Made by a program: the position numbers and the translations under genes
Notes under the pieces: generated by a model
The model's database searches: none
Seen by the model: the letters and a program-made list of their open reading frames with translations, nothing else
Told to the model about the DNA's origin: nothing
Part shown: piece after piece, positions 10,360 to 18,146 of the stretch
How positions within the stretch are numbered: position 1 is the stretch's first letter
Layout: the number at the start of each line of letters is the position of its first letter
Assembly (NCBI GenBank): GCA_965644295.1
Contig: CBFFRP010000361.1
Span: 1 to 18,146, forward strand
Origin: Paraphysomonas bandaiensis
Lineage: Eukaryota > Protista > Chrysophyceae
Length of the DNA stretch: 18,146 bases
Direction of reading: 5' to 3'

Positions 10360-10490
10360 TAGCAGATGTCAGGTGGTATAATATCAGTTTCTGCTTGCTC
10401 ACTGCGTTTGCTTTGATATATATATAGAGCAAAAGTGGGTGCACCTCTTGGTGCTTGCGGTGACGCACAAAAAAGCAACTTTCGTAGCGC
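10360..10490 (+). repeat. Dispersed repeat copy C (GNRA-hairpin element)
   Basis: AGCAGA...TCTGCT, GCTCAC and a TA-looped hairpin (10407-10433) are followed by GGTGCACCTCTTGGTGCTTGCGGTGACGCACAAAAAAGCAACTTTCGTAGCG, an inverted homologue of 199-256. Confidence 0.75.
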
Positions 10491-10533
10491 TTGTATGCTA
10501 CATAATAATATATATTATATATATTTTATAACA

Positions 10534-10740
10534 GTGGAGCAGCTAGAAGACTTTGTTCATACTCTTTTTACTCTCTATATTACAGAGGCTTTGGCGAGCA
10601 TATACATATAATAGCTACTCCCAGTCGAGATATATTCTGACCATAAGTTCTTTGGGAGTAGCTATTATATGTATATGCTCGCCAAAGCCTCTGTAATATA
10701 GAGTAAAAAGAGTATGAACGAAGTCTTCTAGCTGCTTCAC
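10534..10740 (+). repeat. Long near-perfect foldback (90/88-nt arms, 29-nt loop); candidate miRNA/hpRNA precursor
   Basis: Arm 10534-10623 is the reverse complement of 10653-10740 apart from two substitutions and one 2-nt indel. The inverted repeat is directly visible; an RNA function is inference. Confidence 0.9.
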
Positions 10741-10920
10741 ATACTTCAGAGATGTTCTGTCTGCCCATAGCACAGAGACTACAGACTGTACTGTATCAGA
10801 AAAGAGTAAGTTGTTGAATCTGTTCGCTCATCTATATTTTTTATATTTAATACGCAGAGTATACATATATACAACATCATCATGTATGTATGTTTATGCT
10901 TCGAGAGCAATAACAGGACT

Positions 10921-11185
10921 AGAGGCATCTGTACCATCTGCGACAACATAATTCTGGATGGACACACAAGAAGGCGGGAGGGAGACGGACTAAGAGACTT
11001 AAGCGACTTGTTCCCCTCCGGCCTTCGTGTGTGTCATGGATTCTCAGACAACTACACGGGATCAATAACAGTGTAATTGGCATCAGATGATTAAGGAGGA
11101 GAAGCATCAGTACCATCTGTGACAATACCATTCATGGATTCAGATGACACACAACGCGGGCAATATCATTAATGGATTCAGATGC
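10921..11185. repeat. Degenerate ~60-bp direct repeat and ATGGATTC(TC)AGA motif cluster
   Basis: GCATCTGTACCATCTGCGACAA...GACACACAA...GCGGG (10921-10978) matches GCATCAGTACCATCTGTGACAA...GACACACAA-CGCGGG (11099-11160). The ATGGATTC(TC)AGA motif recurs at ~11036, 11134 and 11172, with a variant at 11604. Confidence 0.7.
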
Positions 11186-12177
11186 TTTTACTTTTATCGT
11201 GTGTTCATTTATAGGCGTCTGAGAAAAAGGGTTGTATGTTTGGCCCCTTGCCATAATATGATGCTATTTTGAGTTTGAAGCATGATGGCATGGCTGGGAA
11301 TGAGCAGAGGAAAGGAAAAAAGAAATCGCACTGGAATATACTAAGCGCCAGAGAAAGAGTATACAACGGCGCACCTGTACGGCGCACGGCGTATTCAAGT
11401 AAAACGGTTGATGATTGATATCAAGAGAAAGTAAAGTATCAACGCTTTATTTATGTCCTCCTGACGTATTTCGCAGAAGAAGAATCGAAGAAACACGCAG
11501 TGCAGTAGATATATTATATTATGTATAAGAATGTACATTATATATTATATCAGGTATAATTATATATATTGTCATTGCCCATTTCTGGAGGCAATATCAC
11601 TCCATGGACTCTCAGATAATCAAATTTTCCGCGGTCACTCATAACACGGCGAGGGAGTAGTATCTTGATATATACCTCAAAACTTAATGTTGCCGTTACC
11701 CTCAACGAGGCCTATTCTAGATATCTGTTATTCATTGGGGTGTCAACGATATAAATTAGTTGTTTATGTACTCTAATATCAAGGTAATGTCGTTTATTCT
11801 GTGTATATAGTTAGGACTTTAGAACTGATGTTGCATGAATCAAAATTATATTTTATAGTTCTTGGTTTTGATCCCTTTCGTGTGTAGATGTATTTACAAA
11901 CAACAAAAATCCTTAGTTGGAATACCACCTTATCTCAAGAGTACGTACGTAAATGATCGACTTCAGCGACATAATCTATTCAAGGATATAGCTCGTGGAA
12001 ATCTAGAAGTTCTTTAAATATAATATAATGCGAAAAAACCCCAGGATACTTCAAAGTCAAAATATACTGTCGAGCAATCATTATCATTATTTATACACTT
12101 CCATAAAAATGACACAATTGTGAAAACGATAGACTACTCAAGAAAAATGGCTACGATCAGAACATCGTACTTTTGAG

Positions 12178-14907
12178 TTACAATTCAGATTTCTTCGTCT
12201 TCTTTTTTTTGTTCTTTTTTTTCTTTTTCTTAAGGGCATCAGTTGAAGCTTTTTTCTGTTCTTCCAATTTGAGTCTCTCTTCTTCGACTGCCTTCTTCAG
12301 CTCGGCAGCACGTTCAGCTTCTTCTCGCCTAATTTCCGCCAAGAAGTCGTCGGTATCTGCGTAAGACATGTACAGTTAGGCTCACACATGCCTGATCGTA
12401 ATGTGCACTTTTTATTACCAATAACGGATTCATTATCTGAGATATCCTCTGGTGTGAGGCACTCAGCTTTGTCATCATATACCGGAGGCGCTCGAAGAGG
12501 GAACGTGGTGATCCTTCCCGCAGCCATATCCTCCATGTACTTCCTCACAGGCCCCTGCCCACATGCGTTGTGACTGGTGGTGACATTGTTTGTAAATATT
12601 ATACCTCAGTAAAACTGCCTATAAACCTTGCAAATCTGTTTTTGAGTGGTGAATATACAGCGAGTGCAGGGGTCCCACCCCCTGAGACCTCAAACGCTTC
12701 AGCCAGAGTGACTTGGCAGCTGGCATCCACCCAAACAAAGTTAAACGCGGAAGAGAGTGACATATCCTTCATTGCAGCCTGAAACACATCCAAGGCGGAG
12801 TCGTGAGGCGAGTCCACAAAGGCCACGGCACATATCCCGCGAAAGGATTCCCCGCACATAGTTTCCCATTCAACAGTCGATTGTATTTTAATAAGTTCTA
12901 CTGGTTTGTTTCGTGCAGGCATATTTGTGTCCGAAGATTGTTGAGTATGTTGCGAAGGTGAGACGCCCATTTGTCTGTACGCCCGAGCATGAGAATATAA
13001 AACATGGGGAAAACACATTACCTCAGAACGTTAACAACAAATCCCGAAATTGAAGGGAATGAAAGTGGACCAAACAAGGAAGGGTCGTAAAACATAACCT
13101 GTATCCTAATATTCAGATATGCATTTTTGCAGAACAGTTGTCAATTAATTTGATATTCCAACATGACATACATTGGAGCTTGTCAAGTTGAAAAGGCTTT
13201 ACCTGAAACTCTGCCTTCTCTGAAGTCATCTCTGTCGGTTTCGCAAACATTCCGACAATAGTAGGAAGTACAGGATCACCAAGGTTCTTCATAAACGCAA
13301 CCGAGGGATTGGGCATATAAACGAAATGTGGGGTAGTTGATGATAATGAAGTTGCCACATTTCGAATGAGACCTGAAGGACTAGGCTTGTTCGAAAGTGC
13401 AATGAAAGCTACAGTGCCTTCAGACAGTGCTGCATTGAGCAAGAAGTCGATATCTTTTTCACCAATGCTCTTTACGACTGATTCAGGAATTGAGTCCTGA
13501 GCCTTCTTAAAAGCCCAATCAATGTCTGCATCAGAAGATCCTGTAGCAGCGTGTATCCACTTCGAAGGGTTGCTCAGTACCTATCAGAGCACGACAATTA
13601 CAATTACAGAAGAGTAATAGAGTAATCTACAGTGACGACAATTCCCTGTGAGTGTAGGAATATGTACCTTTTTTCTTGCCGATGCAGAGTATGGCACCGT
13701 CAAGGCAAACGGCTTCTGATGATGGTCACTGCAAACAACCCCTGCTGGAGATTCATTCTCCAGGGAGATATTACCGCACACTAGCATCGCACATTTTACA
13801 GCACCAGCACACTTTGACCGCAACGATTGATACCACCCTGGGGCAGAAGCAGAAGTCGTAACTGCTACAACATATCCATGATTCGGGTCACTGTCGGAAA
13901 ACAATCCGTTGAACTCATCGATAGTTAATAGTTCCTCTGGGGATACAGGCATATCGGTCTCTATATCAGTGGTGCCCGCATCAGGCTTTTCATGAGCGAA
14001 AGGTTTATAATACGGCACCAGCCACTCCACAATTTGTGAGTAACTCCTTGTGTCACCTGTAAAGGGAAAAAAATTATCGCCAGATATAACACCTAGCGTT
14101 GGTAGCTCCGTGATGTCGTAGGAGTTGAACAACGACGCATCAGCGGAAGCTGCGTGGTCGATTTCACCTCTGACTTGGTAAAACTTGAGCCCTTTGCGGT
14201 AACGATGTGATACAGAGCGATATAATAAATTCACAGTAGACTTGGAAGTAAAAAGTACGACAGCTGGAGTCATAGAGTTGTTGATAGTGTCAACTGGAGC
14301 ATCTGCAGCAATAACCTGCACAGTGTGGAGCAGGTTCTTCCCGACAAATCTCTCCAAGGACTTCATATCCTGAGGGCCATAAACACTCACGAAGTCTCTA
14401 AAATTCTATGATTTCATCATCATCAATGAGAGAAAAGTGAAAATCATTCCATCCTTACCTTCTTTGTGTATGGGTTCTTTTGGGGATCTTCAAGATACAA
14501 GTTGAAAGTTGGGTTCTGGTGAACATTGGAGAGCTGACACACCTTTTTGTTTGCCTACAAGGTTTTCGTCACAAAATCAACACTTCATATAGTGGGAAAT
14601 ATCATTGGGACTCACTTTAACTCCACAATCTATTGCTGTTACACAGATGCCGTAAGGTTCCATTTTACTGGAAGCCTCATCCAAAATATCAGGCCTGCAA
14701 GTGCAGCATAAAGAGGATAGGATTACCACATGTACAAACACTAGCAATCCCTTACTCTGAGCTGTCATGAAAGGCAACTAATACAGGGGTTGATACATCG
14801 AACACTTCAGCCTGAACGGTCTTTTGGGTTACTTCTCTCGGGCAGAAGGGTGAGCACAACGCACAAGCGATAAGCCCAGCAGATAGAGTAAGTGACAGGA
14901 TCCTCAT
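12178..14907 (-). CDS. ER-resident protein disulfide isomerase-like / multi-thioredoxin-fold protein (9 exons, 734 aa), no canonical CxxC
   Basis: Exons 14907-14756, 14694-14616, 14554-14459, 14405-13668, 13580-13203, 13098-13022, 12974-12605, 12554-12419 and 12356-12178 are joined by GT-AG introns of 47-104 bp and total 2205 nt in frame. Signal peptide: MRILSLTLSAGLIACALC. Trx-like segments: PVLVAFHD..VTAIDC and PAVVLFTSKSTVNLLYRSVS..YDITELPTLGVI. P5/PDIA6-like C-domain: GICAVAFVD..FNFVWVDASCQ..PALAVYSPLKNRF. An acidic/coiled tail and poly-Lys precede the C-terminal KSEL. Confidence 0.85.
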
Positions 14908-15315
14908 GCTACAGGGGGTTAAAAGCCTCTGCCAAATGATACAGAAAGCAGTTGCTCTGTTCTTTGACGCAGGTCCAATTGACTCAGAGACGCTGTATGC
15001 AAGATGAGGTGCTCTGCTGCACGCGGAGACTTTTCTGTACATAAAAAACACTTTACCTAAAAAAAGACCTTCTCGAAAATTCATTTGCACCAGCACTACG
15101 ATCGTACGTACGACAGCAACACCAAAACCAGACCATCATAAAAACCAGTGGTTTTAAGTTTTATGGAGCCACACTGTAAAGCAGTAGATTGTATTATGAT
15201 GTGTACAGTATGTACAAATAGAAATACATACACCAGGCTGGCACCACAAGAACACTGAACAAACTCAGCGCAGACTCGTATCCACATTATTTTCTGGACT
15301 CTTAGAATTAGATCG
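14908..15315. promoter_or_regulatory. 408-bp divergent (head-to-head) intergenic region, candidate bidirectional promoter
   Basis: Lies between the ATG at 14907 (-) and the predicted ATG at 15316 (+). No specific element was recognised. Confidence 0.5.
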
Positions 15316-17608
15316 ATGCGGATTCTCCAGAGGTTGTGGCACCAGAGTACTGATAATCTCCGCTAATATCACTCTGTAGAAAACTGTTTACTGTGTTTCA
15401 GAGATGTGTACACAACGAAATAATAGTGATATCTGGTATAGAGGTGACATCAGTGTTTGTTGTATTGAGATATGTGTATTGGATTTAGGGGCTACAGCAA
15501 CTGGAAAGTCAGATGTCGCTATGAAGCTTGGAGAAGTGAGAGATATTGAAATCGTAGTTGCAGATTCTGTGCAGGTGAGCAGTTATGCTTCAAAAGGTTG
15601 AGATTGACCGCATATCAGATATGCAAATACTTACAACTGGGATCCAATAAACCGACCGATGAAGAAAGGCGTCGTATTCCACATCATCTTGTTGACATCC
15701 ATAACCCTGGAGAAATTTTCAGGCAAAGAAATAAACCTTTTGTCTCTCTCTACATCTATAATGTTTTGGCACCAGTGCCGGAGATTACATTTCTGCTATC
15801 AAGCCAGTTTTAGCTGATATTATTCACCGCAACAAGACCCCAGTTATTGTTGGGGGAAATACTATGTGGATCGAGTGGTTAATTCACGGGGTACGTTGTA
15901 TGCCCCATTCGTCATCCTGGTTTGACATTTTTAGATCCCTGACGCTCCAAAAAGTAATATAAAGGCTAAGCATGATGCTGCGGCAATGCTGCAGGAATAT
16001 AAACTCAGAGGTGAATTTGGAGTGACGTTTGTATAGTTGTGTGATGTCACTGTCTCAGATGACTGGGACGGTGCTCTTGGCGTTGTATCTGCACTCACGC
16101 CAATACAGTCTTCAATGACTACCAATGATTGGTATAGACTTCATCGACAATTGGAAATTTATCTCACTGTTAAGAATTCTGGTAGTATTGTCTCTAACTT
16201 GTTGTTCATTGTTTGACACACATTTCTTCAGATGAGGCTTTCCAAGCGTAAGCAACAAATGATGTTTATAACACTTTTTAGAACTTTGTTGCAGTTCACC
16301 GCGCCTAGAGCCAGTGCTACAACAATGTCTCAGGGAAGCTGGGGGAGGGCATATTCGGTGCTTCTTCATTGCGCAAGAGCGACTAGAGTTGTACCGTGCC
16401 ATTGATACCCGCTGTGAGGTTGACTGTATAGCAAGCTGTAGATGCTCTTAATGTTGTCATATACAGGAAATGATACGTGCTGGCCTGATAGAGGTGAATA
16501 TCACATCGAAGTTCTAAGTTATCACAAGGAATTTTGATTTGTGTTGACAGGAAACATGCGATCTTTTGAAGCAAGGTCATATTCACATGCTACCAAGCAG
16601 GTCGTCGGGTACAACAGGTATCTGCCCTACTGCATCGGCGGCCATTGGATACCGTCAGGTTCGCAAGAGAAGTGTATTTACTGAGCTAATGCAATGTGGA
16701 GTAGACGGTGAATTACCTCTGTCGATCTGACTACTGTAATGGTGACAGTGAATCTTTCTTAAAATATTTGAGGTAGTAAGCACTCTCATCTGATGTGTTG
16801 TCTGTGTGGGAGCCAATGACATGTGCTGATCATATGAAAGTAGTTTGCTGTACTTATGATATTTTGCACAGCGAGTTCTCAACGGCAACACGGAACTATG
16901 CGAAGCGGCAGCTACACTGGTACCGTCTCCAGGATCAGTTCTTGTGGCTACACAGCAAGTGTGGCACACCAACAAGGAGCCACGATAAAATTGATCAGGT
17001 GGGCGTTTGGGTTATTGTATTGTGTGTAATTGCCTTTCACTGTAATCATGTACACTCTAATATCGAAGTGAATTGATAATATAATTCATTTTGCACTTTG
17101 ACCTGAAACAATATGGTTGCAGTTAGTGAAGGAATTAATCCATTGGGTGACGGTACCGTTCGCGGAATATGTGCATACAAGGGAACAACAGGTTCTGCTC
17201 CGATTCATGTGAAATATATTATTGACATAAGTTGTAGTATAAAAATTCGAAGGTGTTTGCTGAAGAGATGAACGGTATATTGAAATAAGACCGTTTTCCT
17301 TGTGATTAATTCATTTACTTTTTCAGTTAGGGGAGGTCGACGAAAGAAGGTGGAAATATGCGATTGTAGTGGCCCTCTGTCCGGCCTTGGTAGTGTAGTC
17401 ATGTGTTTCAACCGTATGCATAACAGTATATTCCACCACAGAATATAAGCTGCGTGGCTGCGAGGGGACACTTGATGCTTCTAAGTTGCGTATGTATTCG
17501 TCAAAGGTGAATGCAAATATGAAAGAAGTAGTTTGCAGGGCAGACAATTCCCGTCGAGAACTTGAGAGTTTTTGTCACGGGAATTTCGATGTTTATATGA
17601 TTAAATGA
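15316..17608 (+). CDS. miaA: tRNA dimethylallyltransferase (tRNA isopentenyltransferase, MiaA/IPT family), ~16 exons
   Basis: Exons 15316-15332, 15380-15435, 15489-15574, 15619-15722, 15776-15890, 15935-16010, 16059-16181, 16232-16247, 16295-16418, 16467-16493, 16551-16658, 16705-16772, 16872-16998 and 17123-17191, then uncertain 3' exons (possibly 17331-17349 and 17442-17608). The spliced product contains IIVISGATATGKS (P-loop), EIVVADSVQ, GSNKP, IPHHLVDI, FSAGDY, PVIVGGNTMW, NDWYRLHRQLEI, RLELYRAIDTRCEEMIRAGLIEE, AIGYRQ and TATRNYAKRQLHWYR, all MiaA hallmarks. Confidence 0.92.
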
Positions 17609-17644
17609 GTCAATATATTGGATTAGGGTTATTTGTATTGTGTA

Positions 17645-18134
17645 TTAGGGTTAGGGTTAGGGTTAGGGTTAGGGTTAGGGTTAGGGTTAGGGTTAGGGTT
17701 AGGGTTAGGGTTAGGGTTAGGGTTAGGGTTAGGGTTAGGGTTAGGGTTAGGGTTAGGGTTAGGGTTAGGGTTAGGGTTAGGGTTAGGGTTAGGGTTAGGG
17801 TTAGGGTTAGGGTTAGGGTTAGGGTTAGGGTTAGGGTTAGGGTTAGGGTTAGGGTTAGGGTTAGGGTTAGGGTTAGGGTTAGGGTTAGGGTTAGGGTTAG
17901 GGTTAGGGTTAGGGTTAGGGTTAGGGTTAGGGTTAGGGTTAGGGTTAGGGTTAGGGTTAGGGTTAGGGTTAGGGTTAGGGTTAGGGTTAGGGTTAGGGTT
18001 AGGGTTAGGGTTAGGGTTAGGGTTAGGGTTAGGGTTAGGGTTAGGGTTAGGGTTAGGGTTAGGGTTAGGGTTAGGGTTAGGGTTAGGGTTAGGGTTAGGG
18101 TTAGGGTTAGGGTTAGGGTTAGGGTTAGGGTTAG
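17645..18134 (+). repeat. Telomeric repeat array (TTAGGG)81 + TTAG
   Basis: Perfect TTAGGG hexamers run from 17645 to 18130, with the G-rich strand oriented 5'->3' toward the window end as expected for a right chromosome end. One isolated TTAGGG sits at 17623-17628. Confidence 0.97.
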
Positions 18135-18146
18135 CAATATTACATG

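Noticed and set aside
10051-10768. Minus-strand ORFs of 95 and 62 aa
   Set aside because: They cross the MITE terminus and the foldback hairpin and contain no protein motifs.
4361-11749. GGGGTGTCAAC 11-mer at ~4361 and ~11737 resembling a hAT TIR start
   Set aside because: Both copies are in the same orientation with no inverted partner or TSD, which is compatible with chance.
14896-15327. Both divergent genes begin with MRIL
   Set aside because: The codons differ (ATGAGGATCCTG vs ATGCGGATTCTC) and no inverted similarity extends further, so this is treated as coincidence.
17610-18137. 175-aa (LT)n ORF on the minus strand
   Set aside because: It is simply the translation of the CCCTAA telomeric repeat.

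Overview
This is a eukaryotic chromosome end, probably from a stramenopile (inferred from the 44-135 bp spliceosomal introns, the TTAGGG telomere and the gene families present). It holds three intact spliced genes: a ~1150-aa poly-IQ/B-box/WW protein (+, 4730-8370), a 734-aa signal-peptide, multi-thioredoxin-fold PDI-like ER protein ending KSEL (-, 12178-14907), and an intron-rich tRNA dimethylallyltransferase of the MiaA/IPT family (+, 15316-~17608) that ends within ~40 bp of 81 perfect TTAGGG repeats. The ORF track misses several things. There is a frameshifted Crinkler/RHS-type NTPase plus restriction-endonuclease-fold pseudogene (-, ~2842-3980) and a 453-bp MITE with 26-bp perfect inverted repeats. 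There is also a ~90-bp-arm foldback hairpin whose substitutions both read as G-U pairs on the + strand, and a three-copy dispersed element whose GNRA-tetraloop hairpin shows a compensatory change. A probable decayed retroelement occupies ~65-1772. Exon structures and family calls come from manual reading and motif recall; no search was run.
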